From Octopus sinensis (lineage: Eukaryota): a stretch of DNA of 64,000 bases. Below, one piece after another: positions 30,195-43,371 of the stretch (the stretch's first letter is position 1; every line of letters starts with the position of its first letter). The stretch covers positions 66,960,001 to 67,024,000 of the forward strand of contig NC_043009.1 of the NCBI RefSeq assembly GCF_006345805.1, in the 5' to 3' direction. The notes beneath the pieces are model-generated. The model made no database searches. It was not told the origin of the DNA and worked only from the letters and a program-made list of their open reading frames with translations. The position numbers and the translations under genes were made by a program.

Positions 30195-30630
30195 ACCGAC
30201 AGACTCGTTCGTACGCCGGACAAAAGGCTTAGCGTCATTTCATCCGTCTTTGCTTTCTGGGTTCACATTCCGCCAAGGTTGACCTTGCTTTTCATTCTTT
30301 CGGAGTCGATAAAATAAGTACCAGTTGCCTACTGGGGTCGATGTAATCAAACTTAGTGCCCCACCCCTCAAAATTTCGAGCCTTGTGCCTATAGTCGAAA
30401 GGATTATTAAGGGTGAAAAAGCCGACAAGCTGGCAGAATCGTTAGCGCGTCGGATAAAATGCTTAGCAAAATTTATTCCAACCCCTTACGTTCTGAGTTC
30501 AAATCCCGCTAAGGCAAACTTTGCCTTTTATCCTTTCGGAGGTCATAAAAATATTTCAAGGGTTTGACGTGATCGACTACTCTACCTCCTAAAATTTCTG
30601 GCCTTGAACCAAAATTTCAAACCATTATTG
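30195..30630 (+). mobile_element. Two adjacent diverged SINE monomers (same family as the arrays)
   Basis: Both carry the ttctg/aggttc..attcc body and the monomer tail; the second has its own head. Confidence 0.7.
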
Positions 30631-31852
30631 AAAATGAACGATTTTGACTGTATTCTTAGAACTACACAACATTTCGGTCAGTTTAGTCCCTGAATATTAT
30701 CAGGTGTCTTTTTCCCTGGATGTGGACCGATTTAGAATTAAAATCTCCGTGTTCAATCCCGGTCTGGCCCTATCTACTTATCCAAAATGATACTCGCCGA
30801 AGAACAAACATATCAAAATGTGGGGAAGTTATTAGCACAAGAAAACTTTTCAATGTAAATAAAATGAGGGGAATAATCCAAAACAATTATAGACCTCGTA
30901 ATTTGGAGAAGATTTGGGGGCATGGCCCGCCCTTGCTTTCGCCAATTGCGTTAAGTATTCCCATAGCCGCGAGCAAGTACAAATACGTTTTCGGATATCC
31001 CCACCACGAAGGAATCTAGGATGACACAGCTGAAGGAACGAGGGGGTGACCAGCACTAAAATGCTACTTCACATTGCAGACCACGAAAGGATAAAAAATT
31101 AAAGTTAACTTCAGAGAGATTTGAACTAAGAACACCGGGATGAATATCGTGATGTCGTCTCTCCGACGCTCAAACTTTGGCCATTTATTCTATTTGATGC
31201 ATTCAATTTAAAACATAGTTGTTCGCTCGGTTAAATAAGTTGTTTGAGCTTTCAAACTTAAGGAGTAACAGTTCAAGTCCCATCTCCATGACAGGGTCTA
31301 CAATTATTTCACCCAGCTGGCCATTCATTAGACAAACCTTGCAGCTGCACCATGGCAAGTCTTGAAGTCTTCCACCAGAGTCTGCAAGTTCTATGGTAAT
31401 CCACTGCCATCTGGTGCAGCCAGAAGATCAAGTTGTGCATTTTGCAAATAATTCAGAAGTGTCATAATCCTGGAGAATACAAAATGGGTTCCAACACATG
31501 TGCGTGGCACCAATTATGTGTTGGATCTGAAGAGAAGATTTCTTTGATTACAGAGTGAGGATGCCTTCGCAATATCCCTCTATGGGACATAAAAACAGAC
31601 ACCGTTTTTCTAGACGTGCCAAATACATACCTGTCCAATGGAAATTGCTTCGAGCCCGAGGTGATTGTCAATGTAATTCTTCAACTTAGCAGCCTTAGCG
31701 CCTGTTCGACTCTGGTCAGCAACCATTTTAGCGTCTAGAATATTGGTCACTTCTTTGAAAAGCCCACTAGTTATGTTGCTGAATGAACCAAAGATATTCT
31801 TCAAAGTGACATCCTTTGGCTGCAACCCAGCATTTCAAGTAGTTCTCATTCG

Positions 31853-32629
31853 GTTCCTAGACTTGGAAAATGGGTGCCTCATGAATTGTCCAAAAGCAAC
31901 CGCAAATCCCGAATTGACATCTGCTCTTCTCTCCATTCTCGCAACTCATTTCACCCTTTTTGGATAGACATGTGGCTGGTGACGAAAAATGGATCTTCTA
32001 TCGAAATGTTAAATGCTGTAAACAGTGGCTTGGTAAAAGGGAAAAAACTCAACCACAACCGAGAAGGGAACTTCATGGAAAAAAGGTTCTTCTCTCTATC
32101 TGGTCAGATTGCAAAGGAGTAATTCACTTAGAATTGTTACCACCTAATGCAACAATCAATGCTCAAGTGTACTGTAAGCAATTAGAGCATTTGAACCAAG
32201 CTTTGAAGAAAAAAAGACCCGCTTTAGTGAATCGAAAAGGAGTGATGTTTCATCAGGACAATGCGCGACCCCACACTGCAAAGATCACATCACAGAAGAT
32301 CGAAGAGCTTGGTTGGGAAAAAATTCTTCATCCACCTTATTCTTCCGACCTTGTTCCTTCAGACTACCATTTGTTTTGTAGTTTACAGAATCATTTGGGG
32401 GACATAACTTTCGGAAATCAGGAGGAGGTCGAAACTGACATTTCAGAGTTCTTCGCTTTGAAAGCAAAAGACTTTTACATTGATGGGATTAAAAAGCTTG
32501 TAAATAGATGGAAGGAAGTCATAGATAATCAGGGGAAGTACATTGATGATTAAATTTCAATTAAATATAACATTTCATCACTTGTTTTCTTTAGTCAAAA
32601 TTCGAACAGAACTTATGGATGACCTGATA
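31853..32629 (+). mobile_element. 5'-truncated mariner (DD34D) transposon with an intact catalytic domain and right TIR
   Basis: VPRLGKWVPHEL, a frameshift in the T-run at 31957-31961, then a 197-aa ORF with GDEKW, HQDNARPH and YSSDLVPSDY (34 residues between D2 and D3). Ends ...acttatggatgacctga-TA at 32627-32629. Confidence 0.92.
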
Positions 32630-32654
32630 AATGAACCCAAAAACAACGCAAAAT

Positions 32655-32697
32655 GAATTTCTTAACCACTCACACATGCCTTTACATGTGTGTGTGT

Positions 32698-32737
<40 letters not shown>

Positions 32738-33033
32738 GTTTCTTCCTTTTCGAGCCATGCCTGGCTCATAAGGGCCAGTTTCCCGGTTTCATATAGGTTC
32801 CCCACCTGGACGAGACACCGATCTGTCGCAGGTGTGCTGCAAGATGCAGGAGGAAAAAGTGGGAGAAAGTTGTGGCGAAAGAGTCGACAGAAGTTTGCCA
32901 TTACCTTCTACCGGAAGTAGCGTGGAGCTTAGGTGTTTCGCTCATAAACACACACATCACCGGGTCTGAGATTCGAACCCGCGATGCCTCGACAACGAGT
33001 CCGCTGCTCTAACCACTAGGCCTTGTGCCTCCA
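32655..33033 (-). mobile_element. tRNA-derived SINE
   Basis: A/B boxes (ggcctagtggttagagc...gttcgaatc) on the minus strand. Related to the copies at 36244-36590, 46660-46947(-) and 48982-49300. Confidence 0.75.
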
Positions 33034-33299
33034 CTGTGTGTGTGTGTGTGTGTGGTGTGTGTGTGTGTGTGTGTGTGTGTAATGAGAAGGCATGTGGCCT
33101 AGTGGTTAGAGTATTGCATTCATGATTACTAGATCGTGGGTTCGATTCCCTGACTGAGCGGCGCCTTATGTTCCTGAGCAAAGCACTACATTTCAAGTTT
33201 CTCCAGTCTCCCCTTCCATGAGGCGGGTCTCATGCTGGCCTCATGTTGGCTCCCTTAACCAGTGAGGTGGCGTCATTCAAAGGCTAAACCGATGCAATG

Positions 33300-34290
33300 C
33301 GTACAACAACACAGTCACGGGTTTAATACGTCGAGGGATTGATTTGTGCAGTTTTTGAACTGTTGTTAGAGTGTTAGGAGAATTTTGGGTCATTCTTTGA
33401 ACAAATCCTTCTTCCGCTCATTCAGCGCCGGCGGTGGAGGGCAGCAGCTCGTTATTTGTTTCTCCAAAATACAGCAAAAATGCTCGACTATTTTGAGATC
33501 CCGTGATTGTAGAGGCCAATCCAAGAAGTCTACTTCATTTTTGTGTTCTTCGTTTTAATTTTGAATAACATCTGCCATGTAAATCGGCGCATTATCGTCC
33601 TGGATGATTGCACTACCATCAGGCAACTGTAGAATAGAAATGATCGGCCAAAGTACTCGGATAATCTTTGGCATTAATTCTGCCTGATAGAACAATTGAT
33701 GGTCAAAGAGAATTCCTGATATGGCTGCACAAATCATCAAATAGCCACGTCAGTACTTCACGCTAAGGGTTAACAGTCAGAGTTGAATGCTTTGTGTGGA
33801 GGTTGTCTACAGACATAAACTCACATTGATGAAGGCAAAGTGGGGAATGACAATTCTTCAGAGAAGATGACATCATTCCGTTGAACCATTGACCATTTCT
33901 GATAGTCTTAGATACCATTACTTTCAGCTTATCAATGATGGTGAGGGAAAGGTTTAGCAGTTGCAGCTCTCCCATGCTATCCATGGAGTAAACGACGAAC
34001 TGTTTTGGTTCACGAACGCTTGGCTAGATGGCGCTTTGCCTTTGCTATCATCTTCGTGGCCGTAGTTCGATTATTTTAAGACGTTTCTGCGGTTCCTCTC
34101 AAAGAGAGGAATTATGCATGGTACAGCTTGTTCTACCTTGCTTTTGGAATAGCACCATAATTTTAGAGACTCGCAAATCTCTTGAAACATTAAACAATTC
34201 TGTAGTTTTAGTGACTGAATCTCCAGTCTTTCTCGCTCCAACAATTTGTCTTCTTTGGAAGTCAGACAGGTCAGGCATTCTCACTTGAAA
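33300..34290 (-). mobile_element. Near-full-length degenerate Tc1-like transposase with DD36E spacing
   Basis: MPDLSDFQRRQIVGAR, KTVRRLLH..HGRAATAKP, VIFSEE, QDDNAPI...WPLQSRDLKIVE, SIPRRI. Multiple stops and frameshifts. Confidence 0.85.
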
Positions 34291-34473
34291 AAATAAAGAA
34301 AAACAGAGGGTTATCTCATGAAGTACAAGCTATACATAAAGCATATGAACATACACACACCACACACAAACATACACACACACATACATGCATACATAGA
34401 CACATACGTATATACATACATACATATTATATATATATTTATTATATATATATATATATATCTATATATATAT

Positions 34474-34533
<60 letters not shown>

Positions 34534-34544
34534 GTATATATATA

Positions 34545-34582
<38 letters not shown>

Positions 34583-34663
34583 TATATGTATGTATATATA
34601 TATATATATATATAAGATATATAGTATATATATAATATATATATATATAGATAGATAGATATA

Positions 34664-34793
<130 letters not shown>

Positions 34794-34806
34794 CATATAT
34801 ATATAC

Positions 34807-34839
<33 letters not shown>

Positions 34840-35656
34840 TATATACAGTCTGTATAAATCATATACATACATAAAGTTATACGTACGCATGTATGTTTGT
34901 ATGTATGTATGTATGTATGTATGTATGTATGTATGTATGTATGTATGTATGTATGTGTGTATGTATGTATGTATGTATGTATGTATGTATGTATGTATGT
35001 ATGTATGTATGTATGTATGTATGTGTGTATGTATGTATACGTGTAAGCATATACGAGAATTCTGTCGAAAATAACTTTTATAAATTGACAGAGGGCTCGA
35101 GTAAATGCTGTTGGTGTTGTTGTTCTTGTTGTCGTTTAGCCTCGAGTCAATCCAGATTAAGACTGCATTTTGCAATGTGTGTGTCCGTTTGCATGATACA
35201 GTGTGATTTGAGGATTATGATTTGCCTGCTATTTCTAGCAGCAAGAGCGACCACTTGGTGGATCTTTAATTCGGTTAGTGTATGAGTTGTGTCCCTTGAA
35301 ACGATGACCGGACTTGGAAATTCCTCTATAGACAAGAATCGTTTTGGGCGTCAATTCTTGCATTCCAAATAAAGGTTCGATACTATTTAAGCAAAACTAG
35401 TAGTACTACTACTAGAACTGCTGCTAATACTGCTACTACTACTGCTGCTGGTGCTTCGTGGGGGTTTAAAATTGCAAAGGAAAAGAAACAAACCTAACAA
35501 ATTGTTTTGTTAAGGTTTAAACGGGAAAAAGAAGAGAAAGACAGAAAGAGCAGCGGACGAGATTGCATTAAAGCAGCATTTGGTTACGTTTCTGGCGATG
35601 AAGAGTTCAAATCGTACTAACGGCAACTTCATTGTTTATTTATTTTATTTATGGAT

Positions 35657-35687
<31 letters not shown>

Positions 35688-35776
35688 TTTGTATTCGATT
35701 GAGAAGGAAGAGGAGGAGGAAGAGTGATGTCGATACGCTGGGCCCCTTAAAAGTCTACTGTCACTGCTACTGCTAT

Positions 35777-35814
<38 letters not shown>

Positions 35815-35869
35815 GTGGTGATGGTAATGATGATGATGATGATGATGGTGATGGTGATGTTGATGATGG

Positions 35870-35903
<34 letters not shown>

Positions 35904-36243
35904 TCAAGGTTAAACAAATTACGAGGGAAGGAACAATATTCGATGAATTCGACTAAATTTCGGTGTGATTTGAACCAAGAACGAAGATGTGACTAGCTTC
36001 GGAAGTGGAAGTTTAATGCCTCACTTCAATGTTCTTGCAACTCCAATAACTTTTTTCTTAATGAGGCAAAGGGTCTTTAAAATAGCCACAACGACACGTA
36101 TTCAGGGCAGAGCAGGATGTTTGACCGATTCCGAATGGGAAAATAGCAGTCTCCATCTTCTATTATAATTCCATTGCCGTCTACAAGAAAAATTCTATGA
36201 GAATATAAAATCGACCACAGTATTCAACTGGTACTTATTTCGT

Positions 36244-36590
36244 GGGGGCGCAATGGCCCAGTGGTTAAGGCAGCGGACTCGCGGTCGTAGGATCGCGGTT
36301 TCGATTCCCAGACCGGGCGTTGTGAGTGTTTATTGAGTGGAAACACCTAAAGCTCCACGAGGCTCAAGCAGGGGGGGAGGGGTGAAACCTGCTGAACTCT
36401 TTCACCGCAACTTTCTCTCATTCTTTCTTCCTGTTTCTGTTGTGTCACGCTGAATCTCCCCGAGAACTACGATAAGGGTAAGAGTGTCTGTGGAGTACTC
36501 AGCCACCTGCACATTAATTTCACGAGCAAGCTGTTCCGTTGGTCGGATCATCTGGAACCCTCGTCATCGTAACCGACGGAGGGCCAGAAA
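36244..36590 (+). mobile_element. tRNA-derived SINE
   Basis: ggcgcaatggcccagtggttaag (A-box), tttcgattccc (B-box), and the shared body accgggcgttgtg..gtttattgag. Confidence 0.8.
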
Positions 36591-36637
36591 ATTTCACCAA
36601 CCACTGAAGGATGAATACATGAGAGAGAGAGAGAGAG

Positions 36638-36697
<60 letters not shown>

Positions 36698-36789
36698 GAA
36701 AAAAACAGATTAACAATATCAGTTGAATTTTTAGCCTTTCCTAGAAAAAAAAAATCTCCAACTATGCGACTTTCTGCTGCAATAAAGTT

Positions 36790-38150
36790 CTAGAAGCTTA
36801 ACCAAACCAACCCATTCGCCAAAAGTATTAAGAAAAATCGTCTTCTTCCCAAATGATAAAAATAAGAATATTCCTAGTCTTAACAAATAAACTTTTCCCT
36901 GTGATCACCGACGCGGGAAGTAATTCTTTAGAAGTAATCTTAAGCTGAGTTTAACAATCGAACCCGGATGTGATTTAAAAAAAGGAGAATTCAAGAATAC
37001 GATCGCGATTCGCTAGAATATTAGCAACGTCATCAAAAATTCTGACCATTCAAAACTTCGTGTGGAACCGGATCTAACAACAATTTCATCTTTAGCGCGC
37101 TTTTTTTCTGAGCAATACCACCACTATACATATTCAGCCCCTACCGACGGATGGCGGACGACGGACCGGACGCAAAGGGCAGTAGCAAAAACAGCAGCTG
37201 ACCAGAGCGCTGTCACAACACAAAAGTAATTGACGGACAGCGACTATTATCATATCTAGTCCAAGAACAATAAGCTTCGAACTATCTCGGAAAATTTAGT
37301 AACAAGCAAACCAGCTAAATTAACCAAAGCTAACTGCACGTACAGAAACACAAAAGTCATCTTAATCATACAACACCGAAACTGTTTTCTACGAGGTAGA
37401 ATTCATCTCCCTCAAATAAAGCTTAAATATTTTACTATGTATGTATGGTAGAAGGTAAATTCAAACAAAGGATACTCCAACCATACTTCTCACTTTGGAA
37501 ATATAGGAAAGAAGAGTGTAATGTTACTTTCCAATTACATCTGGAATTTGAAAGAATGTGTTGTTGCATTCGAGATCAAGAGGAAGACCCTCAAAATGAT
37601 GCGTACTTTACAGAAAAGGCACAAAAATTTGCAGATAATACATACTGGAAATACTTTTATATTTACGAACCGTAGTAAATCCTCGTAGTATCTATATCCC
37701 AAATTAAGGAACTTCACCAAGTCGCTTCAATGAATATCTTCGGAAACAGCATTGGGGCCTTACATTGATTGAAGCATAAGTATCAGATTCTCCAAGTAAA
37801 CTCCGAAACCTTTTTGCAAGAATACTGAACATGTATCAACATGGCAGTTCCCTACAGCTTTAGATGAAACATCGTGAGGACATGGCTGAGGACTTAAAAT
37901 ATGCAGTTCAACAGGCAAACTTATATATAAGTACCTCATTTTTAACTGCATATTACCTTAATACATCTGACTAATACAGGCAGAATAAGATACTTTTATC
38001 TATAGGCTGAAACAGCTGTAAGGACCATTTTATGTGTATTATTCTTATGGTATTATTATCATGCATTTTGATGTATATTGTTTTGTTCGATTTGGATGTT
38101 CTTATTTATATAGTTAATAAATAATATAAAATGGTAATATCTGTAAGTTA
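36790..38150 (+). mobile_element. Degenerate Penelope-like element 3' part (RT-thumb region, GIY-YIG nuclease, decayed hammerhead)
   Basis: NPFAKSIKKN..IRIFLVLTNKLFP resembles the PLE motif NPPFSxxVxTNIGxxFLxLxxKHFP. YVCMVEGKFKQR/YSNHTSHF..LSNYIWNLKE resembles YIGxTEGxFKxRYxNH..LSxxIWxLK. GAAACAGCTGTA at 38009-38020. Confidence 0.75.
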
Positions 38151-38191
38151 ATGATTGAAATGAATTTGTTCCTCCATTTTCTTATTTGTAT

Positions 38192-38261
<70 letters not shown>

Positions 38262-38466
38262 TTTTATTTGTTTATTTGTTTCAGTCGTTTGATGAGGCCA
38301 CGCTGTCAAATGACTGACAAGTCGACCCCAGGACTTATTCTTTGTAAGCCTAGTACTTATTCTATCGGTCTCTTTTGCCGAACTGCTAAGTCACGGGGAC
38401 ATAAACACACCAACATCGGCTATCAAGCGATGGTGGGCGGAGACACACAAACATACACACACTACA

Positions 38467-38528
<62 letters not shown>

Positions 38529-38578
38529 CTGGTGAATTGAAGAAATGGAGCTGAACGCAGATTGAACAGAAATCGTTT

Positions 38579-38672
38579 TATTTCATTCTACACGTGTTTC
38601 GAAAGGCACAAATTACCAAAATCCGATTGAATAATGGGACCATATTGTGTCTTTCTCTTCAGGAAGAAAATA
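38579..38672 (-). ncRNA. Mirror-image hammerhead ribozyme motif, left arm
   Basis: Exact reverse complement of 38840-38933. Confidence 0.75.
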
Positions 38673-38839
38673 GGAAATCCGTTGGAAAAACAAAAACAGA
38701 ACAGAGGCGGAGCAAAAACAAATCGAACTATGCTCCTAAGAGTTTCCTACACCTGAGTTTCGCCATGGGCTCTTAGGAGCATAGTTCGATTTGTTTTTGC
38801 TCCGCCTCTGTTCTGTTTTTGTTTTTCCAACGGATTTCC

Positions 38840-38933
38840 TATTTTCTTCCTGAAGAGAAAGACACAATATGGTCCCATTATTCAATCGGATTTTGGTAAT
38901 TTGTGCCTTTCGAAACACGTGTAGAATGAAATA
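38840..38933 (+). ncRNA. Type I hammerhead ribozyme motif, right arm
   Basis: CTGAAGA 38850-38856; stem II gaaagacacaa/ttgtgcctttc; GAAA 38912-38915; palindromic stem III ACACGTGT; GUA cleavage triplet 38921-38923; bulged stem I tattttcttc/gaatgaaata. Confidence 0.75.
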
Positions 38934-39532
38934 AAACGATTTCTGTTCAATCTGCGTTCAGCTCCATTTCTTCAATTCACCAATAATGTTTTAATTTCAA
39001 TTATCCGCACCAACGCACGGTTGCAACACCATATGGTTGTACCTCCAACCGTGCTGTTTACTGCTGTGATTTTTGCTACTAAGGTATCGGTTAAACTTTT
39101 GATTAATCTACTACAAGATTATTCATCTTTCTATTTCACATAATATATATATATATATATATATGTACATATATATACTACGGGCTTCTTTCCGTTTCCG
39201 TCTGCCAAATCCACTCACAAGGCTTTGGTCGGCCCGAGGCTAGAGTAGAAGAAACTTGCCCAAGGTGCCACGCAATGGACTGAACCCGGAACCATGTGGT
39301 TGGTAAGCAAGCTACTAACCACACACCCACTCCTACACCTGTACATATATATATATATGTGTGTGTGTGTATTTGTGTGTACATATATATACATTCAGGA
39401 TTTTATATATACATGTATATGTGTGTGTATGTGTGTGTACACAAATATATACATACATGTATAAGCATATATACCTACATATATACATATATATAAGCAT
39501 GTATATATCATGTATACATGTGTGGTGATTTA

Positions 39533-39589
<57 letters not shown>

Positions 39590-40392
39590 GTATGTATGCA
39601 TGTGTGTGTATACAGGCGTATATATATATATATATTACATACATGCACACACATACATACGCATACATATACATGTACATATATCAATACACATACATAT
39701 ATATTCAAGGATAATGTATTTATATACTAGTATACACACACGCACATACATACGTATGTATTATTCCAATATGTTTTAAGACGGTAAGTTTTTGGTTTGA
39801 GGGAGATTAGGCTGAGTTGACACGCACTTGGGTAGTAGGTACGGTGCAGGGGTGATGAGGATGATGATGATGACGCAGGGGGATGATGATGATGATGATG
39901 ACGATACTGGTGGTGGCGGTGGAGGAGGGGAAGGGAAGGGCGAGCGCCCCCTTGTTCGTGTGACCGCTCACACTTCATACGTGAGGAAAGATAAGCAAGC
40001 GGTCGTTTCGTAGCCAAAACTACGTTTTCTATGACATCACCGAAGAACCGCCGACCCTCGCACCACAACTCACACCACCCTCCTCCCACCACAACCCGCA
40101 GCACGACTTCGAAACGAAGGAAGCACCAAAAGTGAGCATTATCCCGCGTAACGACATTCATCCCAGCAAACCTCGTTCTGCTCGCCCAGATCTCTTTCCC
40201 CCGTTCAACTAACAACTCTGGATACCCGATCAACAGCAAGTAAACTTTATCTTTTCATTACAGCTATGTTTTATGTACACACACACACACACACACACAT
40301 ACGCACGCGCATGAACACACACACACACATACGCACGCGCATGAACACACACACACACACACATTACCTGTTTATCAACATATACAAATGAG

Positions 40393-40830
40393 AAGGCAGC
40401 GAGCTGGCAGAAACGTTAGCACGCCGGGCGAAATGCGTAGCCGTATTTCGACTGCCGTTACGTTCTAAGTTCAAATTCCGCCGAGGTCGACTTTGCCTTT
40501 CATTCTTTCGGGGTTGATTAAATAAGTACCAGTTACGCACTGAGGTCGATATAATCGACTTAATCCCTTTGTCTGTCCTTGTTTGTCCCCTCTACGTTTA
40601 GCCCCTTGTGGGCAATAAAGAAATAAGAAACGTTAGCACGCCGGGCGAATTGCGTAGCCGTATTTCGTCTACCGTTACGTTCTGAGTTCAAATTCCGCCG
40701 ACGTCGACTTTGCCTTTTATCCTCTCGGGGTCGGTAAATTAAGTACCAGATGCGTACTGGGGTCGATCTAATCGACTGGCCCCCACCTCCCCAAAAATTT
40801 TGAGCCTTATGCCTAGAGTAGAAAAGAATA
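40393..40830 (+). mobile_element. SINE dimer (headed unit plus a unit re-entering at aaacgttagc)
   Basis: Junction aagaaataag|aaacgttagc at ~40620-40637. The second unit ends in the monomer tail. Confidence 0.85.
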
Positions 40831-41385
40831 TATATGTGTGTGTGTATTATCTTTTACTGGCGTCAGTCATTAGGCTGCGGCCATGCTGGAGCACCGCTTT
40901 GAAGATTTCAGTCTTTTTTAAGCCTGCTGCTTGTTCTATCTGTCGCTTTTGTGGGAACGGTAATGATACAGGGACGTAAACAAACCAACACTAGTTGTCA
41001 AGCGGTGGTGCAGGACAAATACATACACTAAGACACAGATATATATATAGATAGATTTACATGCATGCATGCATGTATGTATGTATCACGGAATTTTGTC
41101 AGTGAACAAAGCGACGAAAATATTTTGGCAAAATAAATTTAAATGCTGAAGTGAATCTAACGGTTTTTGTGTGTTTCTTAAATGGCTTATAAACACATTC
41201 CACGCAGTGGGATTGAACCCGGAACCACGTTATTGGGAAGCAAGCTTCTTACCACACAGCCAGACCTGCACCTAAGTATTATATGTTAATATACGTTTTA
41301 TAAACATTGTGTGTTTATATTCATACATATACATAGGAATGAATTTGTATACACACACACACACACACACATAATAATATAATGA

Positions 41386-41426
<41 letters not shown>

Positions 41427-42989
41427 TGCATGCATTCATACATATATGCATACGTACGTATATATATATACACACATAAAAACATACATACATACATACG
41501 TACATACATACATAACATAACATAACATCAAAAGAAAATATTTACATTCATACACAAAATTCTCTGTCGTGTCCATTCCGTATTTTTGTACAACTGCTAT
41601 TTCTAGCGAGTCAAAAGACCATCTAGAGACTTCCCTGTTAGCTTGTCAATGACATGCTTCTCACTTAGGGAGCAATTTTGTTAGTTTTGCCGATTAGAAA
41701 AGAGTAAGTTGTGAGTGACATTCCAAGTTGTAACCGAACACTTTAAACGGGAAAAGACACTTCTCTTCGTATTTGGCAGAGAGAAGTTATCTCCCTTCGA
41801 CATTCTGTCTTGAAATCAGTTTTATTCTTCGTAAAGTTGATATTATTCTGGATGGTTGTTTCAAGGCAGCGAGTCGACAGAATCGTTAGAAGATTGGACA
41901 AAATGCTCAGTGGTATCCCTTTAAGTTCTTTAAGTTCTGAGTTCAAATTCCATCGAGATTCGCATCCGTCCTGGGATGAAGACAAAAGGTCGGTGTTTTC
42001 GACCAGTTCCTTTCTCCAAAATTCCAGGCCTTATGCTTATTGTAAAAAGAATTATATATGGTTGTTTAGCCCCAAATTATCTTTGACCAAACAGACCAGT
42101 TCATGATCAAATGCATTCCATCCGTGACCCACCTACCTTTTATTCGGACTTTAAAACTAACACATTATTCAATGTGTCCATTTTAAAAAGAGACTAGAAC
42201 GTGACTAGAGAAATATTTGGCTATTATTTCTCGCATGTCAAGACATCGCATAGAGGCCTTCTCGTTGTCTCATTGCTGAATGGATGTCACTGATCGAGCA
42301 GGCTTTTAATTAAAGACGTTCCAGCCATAACCATTCCATCTCTTTATAAATCCAGAAATGCTTTATTTAGTGAGATGTGATTCGAGGTAACTTGGTTGAT
42401 GTTTCTAAAGAATCGAAGAGGCTCCAAAGTGATCATTTAAGGGAGATTTTGGCTGACAAAGCTAGTGGCCACCACGAAGAGGACTCTTCATTGAAAAAAA
42501 AACAGTCATTTTGAAACCTGAATGTAACCCTCGTAACATTTCTGTGAGAAAGAGAATGAGAACGTCTTCAAAACAAGAAGACAAACATGTTTTCAATAAA
42601 GACAAATAATTTCTTACATTGACACGAGGTCAGATATTTTGGCGAGAGGGATACAATCGAACAAATCTACCCCAGTACATGACTGGTACTTTATTTTATC
42701 GTCCCTGGGAGGAATGAAATGAAAAGTTTGAACTCAGATCATTAAAACTTCGGAATAAATATCACGAAGCATTTTTGCCCAATATCCTGACAATATTACC
42801 AATTCTCTGTCAGTATTGAACAGGTTACATAGTACCAAAAGACAGCATCAACATGTCCTGATAGACATAGCGTCTCCTTTTTAAATCAGAAACTATCAAT
42901 TCCAGTTTGGCCATTGAAGCATTTCAGAAAATATTAATGTCTGTACGTGTTAATACTTTATGGAACATGTCTAAATAGATTTTAGGATA

Positions 42990-43345
42990 TGTCACGTAGA
43001 AATTACTGTTTTGCATCCATCTAGTCAACCATCTTCTCTGCCTGCTATTCCTGAGAGGGTTTGAGGCATGGGGTAAAGTCCTCAGGCATTTCGTCAGAAG
43101 CAGTCGTCACTAAACTTTCAGTCGGCGTAGCTTGAAGAATCTGTCTTGCCATACTTTCCTGTGGTATTTTGACCACGTGCCTATAGCACTAGATCTGACC
43201 GATCGCAAGTCCGTTGTACGGGAGAGTATTGCTTTGCGAATCAAAGTCATTTTTCTTTTCTAAATGTAGCGGAAATGAAACATCGGGTGGATGCTACTCT
43301 GGCCCTTGTCGCCTGTCCATAGAAAGGTTAACTTCAGCAGTTTCT
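42990..43345 (-). mobile_element. RTE-like LINE 3' fragment
   Basis: QI*CYRHVVKIPQESMARQILQATPT resembles QLRWYGHVxRMxxERxARQILQA. Similar type to the 1945-2290 fragment. Confidence 0.55.
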
Positions 43346-43371
43346 GGTACACACTAAGTGGGCTGACGAAA

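Larger units (their letters stand above)
38530..38982. repeat. Perfect inverted repeat: 213-bp arms (38530-38742, 38770-38982) with a 27-bp spacer
   Basis: Arms are reverse-complement identical by inspection. The ORF track gives the same 50-aa start on both strands. Confidence 0.97.

Noticed and set aside
39727-40239. 170-aa minus-strand ORF with His/Ser runs in a CpG-rich island
   Set aside because: No recognisable domain, much of it comes from trinucleotide repeats, and there are no consistent splice sites. The plus-strand frame stops at 40210.
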